From positions 39,787 to 103,786 of the forward strand of contig NW_021832612.1 of the NCBI RefSeq assembly GCF_006345805.1: 64,000 bases of DNA, written 5' to 3'. The DNA is from Octopus sinensis. Its lineage: Eukaryota. A model generated the notes under the pieces. It did no database searches and was not told where the DNA came from. It was given only the letters and a program-made list of their open reading frames with translations. Position numbers and translations under genes: made by a program. Positions 26,870 through 41,067 of this stretch are shown here, one piece after another; the stretch's first letter is position 1, and each line of letters begins with the position of its first letter.

Positions 26870-27700
26870 GATGACTCGTTGCAAATAGATCAGATTGTTT
26901 GCAGCAGCGACGTTTCTGTCGTAGAAACTGAGCATTCGTTTCATGATATTCTAAAACAACACGCATGAAGCATGGACCTGAGAGTGAAAGACACCTGAGA
27001 GGATGTTGCATGGTGAACAGACAATGTCAAAGAAGATTCCTAGCGAATTTCTTGAAGAAACAAGAGCCAATGGCAATGGTTATCCATGCTACAGGTGACG
27101 CCAAGATGGGACAATGCAAGTTATTAAAGTTCATAATAGGTGTCTAGTCCTCAATAGAAAGGACCAATGTCGTACTTTCAAAGCGCATGTAAATATGCAA
27201 ATATGTCCGACTACCAAGTCAATGAAATACATATTCAAGTAACTCTATAAATGCTACAAAAACATTAATTTTAATATAAGTAAAAGGAAGATGGACGTTG
27301 AAGTTGTACATGATGAAAATATATAACAGATCCCATACTGTTATACTCGCTGCCAGTGCAACAGCAAGAATCTGTCTTTTACAGAGAAAGTAATGAGAAA
27401 GACGCGTTAGAGAGAGAGAAGAGCTGCCCGTTGTAACACGCCTCTACCATCATGGTTTGTCCTTAGTAAATACAAGACGCCGGTTGCATATTGATATTCC
27501 TTATCATTATGTGTGTGACAAAGGGATGACTGTTTGGAAACTACACGAGAGATGAGAAGAGAGAATTATTTCAAGACTTTAGTTTCCAAATCCAAAGCAA
27601 AAAGAAATAGTTTATCTGAGATTGTTATTGTTACATGTTGAAGGAGCTCGTATTTTTTGACGATCTTAAAACAGCTGATATTGTGCGATATGAGTTGGCA
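26870..27700 (+). mobile_element. Helitron Rep remnant
   Basis: MKHGP..CMVNRQCQRRF, FKAHVN..KYIFK and YLRLLLLHVEGAR..DLKT motifs. Confidence 0.7.
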
Positions 27701-28007
27701 TGAAATAGCTGTCATCGTTTTAATAACACAAGTGGAAATATACTTTATAAATGAGTGCGACCCTTTAGTTTCAACTCACAGCGGGAAATGTCACATTTAA
27801 GAATTATTGGAATTTTAAAAAAATGAAAAACGCCAAAGTCTTTAGATACGAAATTTATCAATGGTTGCTTTCATAGTTTTTGATAAAGTTGCTGGTATTT
27901 TTGTGTAGTAGTATAAACATGCTTACGCATACACATGCAAAAGCACACACACATACACAGACAACCACACATATGTATATATCTATATATATATATATAT
28001 CTATATA

Positions 28008-28076
<69 letters not shown>

Positions 28077-28263
28077 AAGTAGTTGAATGAATTATCCTAG
28101 TATGGATAATTCGGTTAACCGATACCCGGGTAGCAAATTCACGTCAGAGAACATATGTCGAGAATAAAAGAATTTTGTTAAATCGTCGTTTGACTCCATT
28201 CTTTCATATATATATATTATAATATATATATATATATTATATATATATATATATATATAATAT

Positions 28264-28299
<36 letters not shown>

Positions 28300-28305
<6 letters not shown>

Positions 28306-30175
28306 TGATTGTTTCATCATATGGAAAGAACCTTATGAAAAACTCCTGGAATTCAAAACCATACTAAACAACATACATCCCAACATCCAATTCACTATGG
28401 AATTAAGCAAACATCATCTCCCATTCCTTGATCTCCTAATTATAAAAACACCTAAGAACCAAATCATAACAGACATCTACCACAAACCTACAGACTCACA
28501 ACAATACCTCCTCTTTAGTTCATGCCACCCAAAACACACCAAGACAAATATCCCTTTCAATTTAGCTAAAAGGGTATGCACCATTGTCTCGGATCCAAAA
28601 ACACGAAGAGAAATACGCCTTCAAGACTCAAAAAAACACTATTACAACGTCAATATCCCTCCACCCTTATAGAGTATGGAAAAAAAACGCGCCAAAGAAC
28701 TAGACAACACTACACTGAAAACCACCCAACCTAACACCACACACAACCTCAAATACTTCCATACATTTCCACCCACAACCCCAAAAATATCGAAGCATAC
28801 ACCACAATCATACAAAACCTCAGTCTACTGTCAACAGACCCAAAAATAAAAACATATTATAATACACACAAAATCCTCAAATGCAAAAGGCAACACAAAT
28901 CTTTAAAAAAACTCTTGACAAATGCCAAACTTCACACACCACATCCACCCCCAACAGTAAAAAAATGTGCACGCTCAAACTGTGGTAACCTGCCCTTTCT
29001 ACTTGAAGGCTCTGAATTTACCTTCAAAACAAGCAAATCAAGAATAACTTCTCCTGTTCCTCCGAGAACCTTATCTACGTTCTCACATGCGCTGGTTGCC
29101 AACATAATTATGTTGGACAACGAGTCTCCCGTTACGTAAACGAGTAACGGTGCATAAAGAACAATAAACCTTCCGGAATACCGACAAATTCCACTGAGTG
29201 ACCACTTAGACTCATGTGCTAAAGACTTAAACCCCAAATTCTATATATTCCCCTTCTACCAATGTAAAGACGGGATCACCACACACAGGAGAGAATTAAC
29301 AAGGAGAATCTCTTTATTGAAAAATTCCAAACACAACTTAATATGCAAACTCCTCGTTGATCAAAACTTCCTTTCTCTACCTCACTCTTTCATGGATGGA
29401 CTAAACAAATATAAAGATACCATGCATTCATCACTTCAAGCTAAAACTTATATTCTTTAAATATCATTTTTACTATTGTTGTTATTACTATCATTTTATT
29501 AATAAAATGATATGACAATTTGAAATGCAATTGTCTATGCAGATTTATATATTAGAAAATAATATAAATAAAGTGTTAAATCTGAAGTTAAGTTAACAAG
29601 CAATTATATAAAAAAGATAATGCAAATGAAGCTAAAATGATAGTTTTTATAATTTGGGTTTTATTGAAGAACTCAAAAGAGTTGTCTCCCCTTACCCACA
29701 ACACAGGAACTGAAGAACCAGGATCACAATTACTACTACTTCCTGTCCTGCAACATGCTGAATTTAACAACACAACACATCACATGCTCTTAATCCCTTT
29801 GGATCTTAACACCTCAAGGTAATTTTTTGGTAAACAACCATAAAACTCAAGATACACAACGAACTCACAATGTATCGAGAGAACTTATTTTTTAATTTTT
29901 GTACATTTTTATCATTATTCTTTTACAAAAAACAATGCAATTTTCTTTTTTTTTTTCCCATTTCTAATTTTAAAATAACTTCTTAAAACATAAATATTCT
30001 TGACAAGTCATACATGACGAAAACCGGTTGAATAATATATATTATATATTATAATTATATTTTCTCATTTTATTAAAATTTTCTTTCATTTGAGCATTCT
30101 GTTTTTTTAAAAAAATTTTTCCTTACTTATCATTTCTCCACGTGCGGTCAAACACAACCCACCATTTATTGATCT
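28300..30175 (+). mobile_element. Penelope-like element, 5'-truncated, with probable 3' pLTR
   Basis: IDDCFIIW, HPNIQFTME..LPFLDLLI, IYHKPTD..YL..SCHP and GIY-YIG (NLIYVLTCAGC..YVGQ); flanked by (TA)n; hammerhead-like motif at 29995-30034. Confidence 0.85.
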
Positions 30176-30446
30176 ATATATATATATATATATATATATG
30201 TATGCATGTATGTATGTATCATCTGGTGATCTTATGCCATCTCAATCGTTAAGTCAATACCTTTTCACCCGGAGTATCTTTATAAGTGTATTGAATAGAT
30301 ACAAACACTTCAATGTGGAATACAATGCCACCTAATAGTGATAAATCGATACGAAGTTATATAACGATTATCCTTCATTAAGAGGATAAATTCAAACAAG
30401 TAACATCTCGCTCTTGACAGCTATTTCTACCTAGAAAACAGAAAGA

Positions 30447-30477
30447 ATGTTGAGGAGGAATTATCTTCAAATTATTT
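30447..30477 (+). CDS. Candidate first coding exon of paralog 2 (signal-peptide N-half)
   Basis: ATG MLRRNYLQII then T|gtaagt (consensus donor) in unique DNA; its phase is one base off from the signal-like reading of the next micro-exon. Confidence 0.35.
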
Positions 30478-30739
30478 GTAAGTAAATGTTTATTGTATTA
30501 TTAATATAAGCTTTTATTTTTTAAGAGTTTAGCCATCCGCGCCTGAGCCCTACAAGAACACACTTTATATATATATGAGTTCAGATGAATATGGTACTTA
30601 AGTTGAGGGACCAGAATTTATTACGGTATTATCTATACATTTCAAGTTTCAAGGTGATTAAAATCAAATTATGCAACAGGATAATCAAAAGTAATGCAAT
30701 TTTCTTTTACTCTCTATTTTGGTAAACCTTTGGTATATA

Positions 30740-31250
30740 ACGTAAATCCTCGAGTATATCCGCATTTTTTTCCTAAAATTTAAAGGTCAAAAACCTAGTG
30801 CGTACTGTATACGAGGTTAAAAATGAAAACTATTTTCTAAGCTATGTCCGAGTCTCTATTTGCTGTCTGGCTATGTTTATCAGACGCATTTTTGTGATGT
30901 CGGGCGTGAAAATACCTTAAGCTAAACCTGAAAGCGATGAAGTCATAAAAGAATCATCCATAACTTGCAGTAAGCAACATTTATTAAACGTTATTACTGT
31001 TATTTCTTTATTTTCTGCAAACAAAATGCACAAAAAAGCTACACGTTCGCACAATGTGTTATATACAAAAATAATAAAAGACATTACCGTATACATGTTT
31101 ACAAACCAAGGATGTTATATAGACCTCCTTGACTCAAGTTAGAGAAGGAGTGCATATTAACACAAGGTTTAGGTTTTTCAGAGGTACAGCCCCCCTCCCA
31201 AATCCCCTGCGTTTTATACTCAAAGGCGGACTATACTCGAGGAGTTAAGG
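30740..31250. mobile_element. Non-autonomous Tc1/pogo-type MITE
   Basis: Imperfect TIRs acgtaaatcctcgagtatatccgc / gcggactatactcgaggagttaagg, with flanking TA. Confidence 0.7.
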
Positions 31251-32419
31251 TACTCCAAATATTCAAAGAGTTTATCCTTATATTAAAATTTCATTCTTAA
31301 TAATCTTCTTGATTACCCTAAATTTTGTAACTTTATACAATAATATAGAAATATAAATGAATACTTGTTTAGTAAATTTTTTAATTTACTTGATTATCTC
31401 CTTTCTTTAAATGGCTCTTTTTCCTGATTTAGTATTTACAAGGGCCTTTATATAAATAACCCTTCTAAACAAGTAAACTAAGAAACTATAATATTAAATC
31501 TATGAAGTAACAAACTCTTAAATCTATGATATACCCTTTATTTAGAAAAAAAGATTAGCGTAAAATATGATTGTTTCATAACTTAAATATCTTTTAGGTG
31601 ACATCAAACATCAGATCACTTTTATTGATATTAACCTAAATAAGTAAATATATAAATTTAGTCTATATTGAAATTATACTTTTTTCTAAAAATCTTCTCT
31701 ATTGGTGTTAATAAGTAACTACATACATTACCATAAGTTAATTTAAGTAATTTAGCTATTTATTTCCTTTTCTATGGTGTTTTGCCCTACTTGATCATTT
31801 TATTGTATTTCTTAATTATATTATAATTAGCCTTTATTTATAAAATTAATCTATTTTTTGTATCTCTATAAATTCATACTATACTGGTATATTCATTACG
31901 TATAAAAAAACCTGCTTAGATTAAATTTTCTTTATATAAATTAACATGTTCCTTTGCCTCAATACTCCTTTATTAATACCAGTTTATACCAATTAATCAA
32001 TTTTTATTCACCACTGAGTACCACAAGGAACAATCGTCATGTGGCCATATCTTAATAATGCTACATGCAGATGACCCGTTGACACAACAAGAATTCTCAA
32101 TGAAGAGAGACGTTTGCATAACCAAATTCCTGCCAAAATGAAAGACTGCGGTGCGTGGGAATCAATTTTAGAGTTACAATAAATGATCCTTCGTATTCCT
32201 TCTTGTTTACTCCAACTTATGCAATTATACATGTATGTATGTATGTATGTATGTATGTATATGTGTATGTGTGTTTTTATATGTATGCACATATATATAC
32301 ACATGAGTATACATATATATTAAAATGAATATACATATATGTATGTATACATACATTCATACATACACACATACACACATACATACATATGCATACATAC
32401 ATGCTTATATATATATACA

Positions 32420-33250
32420 TATAATATAGGGAGCTAGCTTTATGAAAATAGACAAAGACGAAGGCAGGTTTACGGAAATAAACAAAAGAAGAAGGCAGGT
32501 GGAATACAAACAAACAATTGTATTAGTATGGCGCTCAGGAATATAATAAAACTAGTCTTTAACGTTTCGAGCCTACGCTCTTCAACAGAAAGATACACAG
32601 AGAAAAAACACAGAAAGAAGGAGAGAAAAAAATATGCGTGCAGAGGCTAGCGAATCACATGGCGATCTGATTTCGGCCAGAAGTGAAGATCAAGATCAAA
32701 CGTGAGACGCAAGAGCGAAATTAGGGGAGATAATAGGGTTAAATGACCTCGCTCCAACATAAGGTGTGTGGTGTGTGTGTATGAGAAGAGTGTGTGTGTG
32801 TGTGTATGAGAGAGTATTAGTGCGATGAGAGGTCTGGACGTGTGTATGTATATATGATGTGATGTGTAAAGTCGTATGGGTAGTGTAGAGAGAGGAGATG
32901 AGGGAAGAGGGGGAGGGGAGGGGAGGGGAGGCGGGGCGAGAAATAAGGGAGAGGGAAGGGAGAAGGAAAGTGGGAGAAGGGGAGAAGAGGAGGTGGAAGG
33001 GGAGAGAAGGAGGAAGGAGAGGAGAGAGGAGGGTGGGGAGATGAGGAGGGAGGATAGAGGGAGAGGGGGAGAGAGAGAGAAGGGGAGTGATGGAGCAGAG
33101 AGAAAGAGGGAAGGGGAAGAGGGAAGAAGGGAAGAGGAGTAAGGGGAAGATGAATGCGGGGAAGGAGGGGTCGGGGGGAGGTTTAAGATGAGGGGAGGGG
33201 GAGAGGGGGGTTAGATGAGGGGGGGAGAGTTGAGAGCCAAGATGGCGTAT
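32420..33250 (-). mobile_element. Penelope pLTR-like repeat with hammerhead-like motif and purine-rich tract
   Basis: 32430-32745 is the reverse complement of ~43150-43450; motif at 32556-32593. Confidence 0.6.
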
Positions 33251-34421
33251 ATATATAAAATGGGTGAATATTAACATGACCTAAATCTTCTGAACTATGC
33301 CTATCCCTTGTCCAGTGAGATCAAAATTAATCAGGGATCGTTGGTTGTTACTAGACTCCACGACACTCACCCTCAGTGTTCGTTGGTTGTCACTCATTTC
33401 CACGACACCTCACTCTCTTGAGTATTGCCTATTTTATGCCATCTCTATTACTAAATCCAACAAGACTATTTGAATCGTTGTGTAAAAACTCTGGTAGTTT
33501 AGTATGGAAGAATTAGTTAATATAAATTTTATGTCGTAACTCTCTACGACAATTTTCTTTGAATTCTAAATGTACTGTAAATATTAAATGTACATATAAT
33601 AAACTAATTTAGTACTAATTTTCTCTTCTTCCTTTTCTTCAACCTGTAATGAGATTTATTTCTGTATCCATGAAACTGTTATTTATAGCGGTGACCTTTC
33701 AACATGTACGTTTCAGCGTCTTGGTGTATAATTCATCACGCGTGTTTACGCAGCCTGAGTTAAGTTTTTATAGTGGTAACACTTATAGTTATGTTATAAG
33801 TGAATGGTTATCACCATAGAATCTTCCTCAGTCACAACATCTATTATTTATTACCTTTTCCAAGTCAAAAATACTACACCATAATCTCAAACACACCTTA
33901 TATATTGGTGACAAGCCGACGTGGACTTAGAAAAAGTCTACTCAGACAATAATCACTCTGTAAATAAGATAGAATCAACCCGTTATAAAAGTGGTAACTC
34001 GCCTTATAAAAAGTATTACGAAGCAAGTATACGTAATACTTTCACTAAAGTCTCTGAAGTGTCTAGATGTTCTCTTCCAAGAAATACTGATGCTTCTGAT
34101 CTCGTTTGAAACAAATAACATTTCTTTTTCTTTCTTCCTCTTTTTCTATTTTTGCTCCTCTCTCTTTTTTATCTCACCCTCACTCCTCCTATCCCCTCTC
34201 TTCTGTTCCCTCTCTTTCTACCCCTCTCCAATTGTCGCTCTCCCTCATTATTTCAATGGATAATTTATGGTGATGTAGTGGTGGTCATCGCCGTATTTTT
34301 ACTGAATTATGCTTGTAGCACTTCTCTTTCATATTCCTTTCATCTTCATTCTTTGTAAATTAATGCTAAACAGGAATATGAAATATTGAAATTTTTTTCC
34401 AAATAAATTTTCGTGTTGCAG

Positions 34422-34455
34422 TTCTTCTACATCTCACTGACATTTGGAAATGGAC
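34422..34455 (+). CDS. Candidate 34-bp micro-exon of paralog 2 (signal-peptide C-half)
   Basis: tttcgtgttgcag|TTCTTCTACATCTCACTGACATTTGGAAATGGAC|gtaagt; read in phase 0 it gives FFYISLTFGNG plus C, which joins in frame to 48783 as RRCPLDL. Confidence 0.5.
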
Positions 34456-35439
34456 GTAAGTAATTTATATCAAATATAGACATATATCTATGAAAATTAT
34501 GAAAATCACTACTCAAACTTTAATTATAAGTTCAGTGGAGGAAAATATTTTCCTTTCCTAATTAAATTAGATGAAAAGAAAACTCAAGATAAATCTCGTA
34601 TTATGACGAATTCAATTCTTAACATAATTTCCATTGTGATAATTCAGTTTTTCCGTCAGCTTGTAAGCATTTTGTTAAATAAAACAAAGTGCTGGTATTA
34701 GGGGGACATTCTTTACAACAGACACCGTTAAACATTATAGTATATAACTTGTGAATCATTTAAATAATAGAATTAATTAAACAACATTTAAAACTCATTC
34801 GCAGTCATTTTCATTAAACAGATTATATATCCCAAGATCTTTGTACCTACACTATGGTAGTAACAACTCTATCACTTTTCCTGGTAAAAAATATCAATGC
34901 TGATCCTCAAACATTTAATATTCTCTATCTTTATTATTATCTATTTCACAATGTTTTATTTTCGTCTTCGTATTTTGTTGTTTAATTTGCCTGCTTTGTA
35001 CAGTTGACTATCTGAAGTATTTTATGAAAGTACCATACGCCGGTCTGAAAGATGCCAAAACATTGATGACACTTGACGTGGATGCCTTCATCTGTCGAAG
35101 AGTTGTTTTGAAACTTCTGCATGTAAATCCTTCGTGAGCAGAGCGATAAGTCCAAGCTGTATTTATACGAAGAAGACTCAACAAGAGATGCTAATAAGAG
35201 AATATAATACCCTTTTTATCAGTTGAGAGATCTGTGCCGACCAGATATAGAGACGGTATAAACAAATTTGAATCGTTTTGTGTTTATTTCACTGGCATTC
35301 CTACTTGTATTTTCTGTCCAGATTAGAGCGAATACGGTCGCATTTGAAAATTTCTGCGATTGTCTTTCTCTGGTCGATGTAGATTAGCGTTGTGTTGAAA
35401 ATAATTTGTTTGTAGAGTTAAAGTTCTAATAAAGTTTTG

Positions 35440-35800
35440 AGTGATTTATTTTCTACGCGTGTCTTGAAAAACAGCCGCAAGAGAGGTAAGCTCTGTTCAT
35501 TGTGCAACAAAATGAATCAAGTCAATTCCATCAGGAATCATCACAGAAATGTTATGATTTATACAGAAGGTGGAACATGTAGAGATTCCCATTTGGTGTA
35601 TGCGGCAGGCAGAGATGACACGAATGCACACAATTCAATTTATGTTCGTTGCACAACAGAACAATTAAACAAAATATTTAATGGACACAAATAGGATTTC
35701 AGACACAATAACAGTAGTCGACAGAAGTTGCTGAACATTTTTCTTCAAGCGGCTGCAATTTTGAAGAAGATTTGAAAGTGCATATTCTCAGTGAATATTC
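35440..35800 (+). mobile_element. Penelope GIY-YIG endonuclease remnant
   Basis: CSLCNKM..TCRDSHLVYAA..IYVRCTTEQLNKIFNGHK..VAEHF. Confidence 0.55.
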
Positions 35801-35889
35801 TCAATCTTCTTCACTTTCACTGCTCAAAGTGCATGAGCTTACACATAGATTGGCAAACAAAATATTGGTCGGAAGTTTCCAACTGCATC

Positions 35890-36670
35890 CCCTTTACTTG
35901 AGCCCTTCTGGCATAGTACCGTTCTTCCTATTGTCATCCAGGCCATTATTTGGATGTCACTATTCGGTACTTCGTCCCATCTGTCTCGTAGTTTTCCTGT
36001 GCAGTGTCAAGTTTTTTAAGCCAAAAGCTCTGAACCCCATCTGGGCCAGGTGCTTCCGGATAGGAATTTTCCGCACTGATCTCTATCAGCTCGGTTATTC
36101 TCAAATTCTTCTGCTGATACTCTCCATTCTCCTCTTGAGTCTCTTTAACCACTCTGCTTCAGTTTCGTGTCGTTTCTCCTGAGACTAATGTTTGAATCGA
36201 ACTTTTTCTTTCTTCAGCATCCGGACGGCTTTTTTCACCTTTTCTTTCCCAGTTCCTGATGAGTATTTTCTGATTTTTTCGAAAAGTCTGTTTAATCTGT
36301 ACTGCTCAATTCTCTGTTTCATATCACTTTAGTTTATGTGCTTTAGCTTCCAACCTCTGTTTTAATTCCTCAATCATATCATTGATTCCCTTTCTCTTCA
36401 CCCTATACTCTCTTTAGCACAACATATTTCACTCACTGAACTTCATTTCTCTTTTTTCCGTTCCAAAATATTAACATGGTTCTGGTCTTCTCGGGCCTCG
36501 TTTATAGACTGCGTTATTCTCCTTCTCCACCTTCAGGTTACGTTGACATTACCTTTGGCTTTCAAATCTATCTTCCGGGCTATAAATTTCGAGATTGCAT
36601 TTATCAGATTGTTGGTGTCCTGACATCACCGATGATATCATTTATCTTCCTGACCCATTCATTGATGTTT
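35890..36670 (-). mobile_element. Degenerate R4/Dong fragment
   Basis: APGPDGVQSFWLKKL (pre-RT motif). Confidence 0.6.
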
Positions 36671-37149
36671 CATTCTGTCTACTTTTTAAAACATTATTAA
36701 TATATATTATTATTGTCATTATTATTATAATTGTTGTTATTGTTAGTATTATTATTCATATACACTCAATAGATAAGACTGCTGGAAAAGAAAATAATTC
36801 TAACATCGGGCTCGCACAAGTAGCTTTAGATAGCAAGAACCTTCCTAAGTATGCTAGCTTTCTTCAATGACACTTTTCTGCAGCTGCACTATACTGGGTT
36901 TTATGCCTATTTCATCTCTCCATCTGTTCAGAAGAGAAAAACCTAAGCCACACAAACACACAATATGAAAACTAATACAACAACAGGATCAAACAAAACC
37001 CCATAACAAAACATTATCCCGCCCCCACAAAAACATGCAGCACGCACCACCCCACCAGCACAAAGTTGCAACAAGCGATGCAATAGAAAGTTGCTTGAAA
37101 GTTTCAGATGTCGAACATTAATAGTGGTGATGACGATGGTGACGAACGT

Positions 37150-38670
37150 TACCTTACCTCAGTTTATGAGAGACAGGAGTTTCGGCAGAAACTCAGATTG
37201 TAACAGCGAAAATGAAGCTGGTCCTTTAAGGGACGGCCTCTCGCTTGGCGGTGGATCAGTAAAGATGCAGACTGACCACAGCTGTCATTGTAATACAGCA
37301 TCAGCAGATAATAGAGCAGGGAGGAGGAAGTGGACCAGCGAAGAAAACAGGATAGTGATACAATGCTACTTAGAAAGTGAACTTAAAAGAAGGGGCTCTA
37401 GAAAACGGATGTTAACACTTTGGGTAGAGAAGGGTATGTTTAAAGTGACTGGATAGAGATTAGTTGATCCAGCTAATGCTATTAGGAGGAGAAAGTGGAT
37501 GACAGAATTGGAAGTAGAAAAGAACACAAGAGAATTAAGAGAACTGGAAAAGAAAGACGTGGCAGTGGGGAAGACAAACATCAGCATAAGAGATACAGCT
37601 CTAACCAAAGAAGAAGAGGAAGATCAGAAGATTTTAGATGCGTTGCCGGATGTAATAAGTAAAGAAGTAAGAAAAAGAACGCCAGCATTAAAAGACACTA
37701 ACAGAAGGAAGCTGCTAGAAGTAACCAGGAAAATAGATTCTATTATCAGGAGGATAGATACTAAAAATATAGAAGACACTAACTAATTGGTTTATACAGG
37801 AGAGGTTGTAGTCACCAGAAGATTAGATATCTCACAGGGAAAGATTAGAAAAAAAAACAAATGTGGAAAAGGAGACTATAAAATAAAATGAAGACTTTAA
37901 GAGAAGATCAGAGGAGAATAGAAGCCTAGAAAACAAACAAGTTAGGAGAGGCAAGATGTAAATCTTGCCCCGATGAAAGATACTTAGTCAAAGAGAAAGG
38001 ATATGGGACAAAAATAGAAGCGTTGAAACAGCGTATCGTAGCGGTAGCAGGCAAGTTCTCCAGATATCAGAAAAGAATAGATCAGTATCAACAGATTAGA
38101 GAATTTGAGACAGACCCGAGGAGATTTTATAACCAAATGAATAATAGAGAATGAAGTACTGAAGACGAGAAAGCTAAGTTCTGGTGTGATATTTAGGATA
38201 TGCCAGTCAATCATAATGGAGATGTCGTATGGTTAAAGAAAGTGAGTGAGAAGTAGTCAGACCTAAGATTTGTTTTATGTTTGATCCCCCTCAGTTTAGT
38301 ATTAAGGAAGGCAAAAGCAGGGTATCAGTTCAGAATAGTATTGGAAAAATTACCCATCACGTGGATGATCTGAAGCTTTTTAGCTTTTCAGTAAGAATGA
38401 AAATGAAATAGATTTCATAACAGGGTAAAGATATAGGCATGGAATTTGGCACAGATAAGCGTGCAATATTAGTTATGAGAAGGGGGCAGGTGGTCAACAA
38501 TGAAGGCATCCAATTATCAGATGGCCAACATTAAAATTATTTGAAAGGAAGAGAGAGTTATAAGTATCAAGAAGAATTAGAATCTGGCAGAGTTCTAACT
38601 ACAGAAATGAAAACGAAGCTTAAAAAGGAGTAAATCAGAAGTGTGCGGAATTTAATGAAGTCAAAGCTAA
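37150..38670 (+). mobile_element. Degenerate, internally deleted R4/Dong element
   Basis: N-terminal RRKWTSEENRIVIQCYLES..RKRMLTLW, VDDLKLF and DIGMEFGTDKRA remnants. Confidence 0.7.
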
Positions 38671-39639
38671 AAGGTCCGACTCTACCAGTCGAGATCGGTG
38701 GATCGGTGGATGTTCCGATTTAGAAATTTATAGAGGACTAGCTAAGATATCTGGCGTTGCTCGGGATTCAAATGGCAGAGTTCGTATATATATTACAGTT
38801 ATGTTGAAACAGGTGATACGGGAAAGGGCATCATTGACAACAAAATATTTGTGGAGTAAATAATGATGGTCTAATTCAACTAAGTGTCATGTAATACGTC
38901 CATTTGGAGGATTCCATGTCAAAGACTATCATGGACAATTGGGAGAGGAAGGAGGTATGTATTTTTTGAACCCACCGAAAAGTTGTTAGTGGATATACTC
39001 GCCTTTGAGACGGTCAGCACTGCGTCTCAGACGACCCCCTCGTATGGTTGACAGTCAAATGAATGGAGGTAATGGAGATATTGTATTCCGGAAATGGGTA
39101 CATTCCGGAAATGGGCTGCAATGGGAGACGGCGACGGGGAAGTGAACTGTTGAAATGTTGCAGAAGGCGAAGGGTTGATATTGGATTTCTGGTGTAGCTG
39201 TAGGATTAGAAACATAAAGTGAGCATATGCAGTTATATGAGAATATGTAGTAATGGATCACTTGCATAAAGAAGGCATAATTGCTTAGCGCGTGGTTTGT
39301 ATATAGTATGTCTGTATTTTTGTATGCAGTGTAAACTCACGAAATATCAGCAAATGGACGAGATAGGCTCACTTGTATGGAACCAATAATTTGATGGTAA
39401 ATGCCACAATAATTATTACAGACAGATAAGGAATTATATATATATATATATATTACTTATATAGGATAAATTTCTTAATGAAAGGATAAATATGTAATTG
39501 TAAATACCTTGCAACCTTACAACGGCTGCGATAATTATTAACTGGAAATGGAACAGTAAACGTGTATCTTTATATTTACGTTGTACCTTGCCACCTCATT
39601 GTCTTTTTTTCAAGAGTTTCCCGTCTAGAACTCACGAAC

Positions 39640-40940
39640 ATACATTCATGCATGCCAGTCGTTACATATGTATATGTATGTGTAGATGTATGTGTATGTT
39701 TCATAACGTACGTAAGGCGGAAACATGCATACTCACAGACACATACACACTCATACACTCACAGACAGATACACTTATACAAAATGTATCCTCGTCGTCA
39801 TTGTGGCACAAAATATTCCTGACATACACTCACATACATATACTGAAATAGCCACACAGACATACATTCACGCATGTCAGGCGTTACGTATGTATATATC
39901 TTTGTAGATGTGTGTATGTTTAATAACGTACTTAACACGGAAAGACACATACTATGAGATATATACACACTCATACACTTACACACATACACTCAGAAAC
40001 AGATACACAGTCATCTACAAAATGTGATGTCGTTGTCGTCGTGGTATAAAATGTCCTGTTGACCTGTTGACAATAGAAAGATTATCTCTATAAAATGTTA
40101 TATTGTTTTAATCAAAATGAAAATAAAATTTCGTTTTGATACTGGCCAGCGCTCACATACATATAGTAAGATAGACACACACCGTCACACATTCACGCAT
40201 GTCTGTCGTTATATATGTATAGATGTGTGTGTATGTTTAATAACGTATCATTACGTATGTCATATACAAAATGTGATGTCGTTGTCGTTGTAAAATAAAC
40301 TGTCCTGTTGACAATAGAAAGATTGCAGCGTGGAAGAGCACACAGAAAGCGTTAGTTTCACTTCAATATTTAAATTTCATTTGTATCAAATTATTTTCGT
40401 CGCTTTGAAACTGCGACCTGTTCACTGACAAGACTTCGTGCTGCATCTGAGAAAGTAACAGTTAGTTCATGATATATATGTGCTCATGCATGTATGTGTG
40501 TAGGTATGCATGCATGTATGTATGTACATGTGTAAATGCGCATGCATGCATATACGTATGTGTGAATGAGCATATACATGTAAATGTATATTTATTTACT
40601 GATATGTGTATCTGTTCAAGTATATATAACTGTTACTCCGTCGACAGTTGTGTATATATATATAATGTTCTGAGCAGATGATCACAGATCAAATCATTTG
40701 CTATGCAAGTACATCTCTGTAAACAGAAAGATTATCTCTATGAAATATTATTATTCAATCGAAATGAAAAGAAAATTCGTATTAACACTGACCAACCCTC
40801 ACATACATATAGTATGTTTAATAACGTACCTAACGCGGAAAAATACATACACATACACTGTGTGACATATACGCACTTATACACTCAAAAACATACATTC
40901 ACAGACAGATACACAGTCACGTAGAAAATGTAACGCCGTC
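39640..40940. repeat. Degenerate ~200-bp tandem units
   Basis: Recurrent blocks acattcacgcatgtc / gtatgtttaataacgtac / caaaatgtgatgtcgttgtcgt near 39640, 39860, 40190 and 40810. Confidence 0.6.
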
Positions 40941-41067
40941 GTAGCTAGAATTAAAACTAAAAGTATAAAAGTGAAACAATATATCATATAACAATATAGA
41001 TGTTAGGTTCATAGGTATATATCTACATATATACATATACATGGATACGTATACACACATATACATA

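Noticed and set aside
29637-29822. MIVFIIWVLLK ORF as a possible signal-peptide exon
   Set aside because: Lies within the Penelope 3' region between the GIY-YIG ORF and the hammerhead-like motif; hydrophobic stretch is short and there is no paralog support.
32696-33277. 193-aa Pro/Ser/Leu-rich ORF and its Gly/Glu/Arg-rich antisense ORF
   Set aside because: Low-complexity purine tract inside a repeat.
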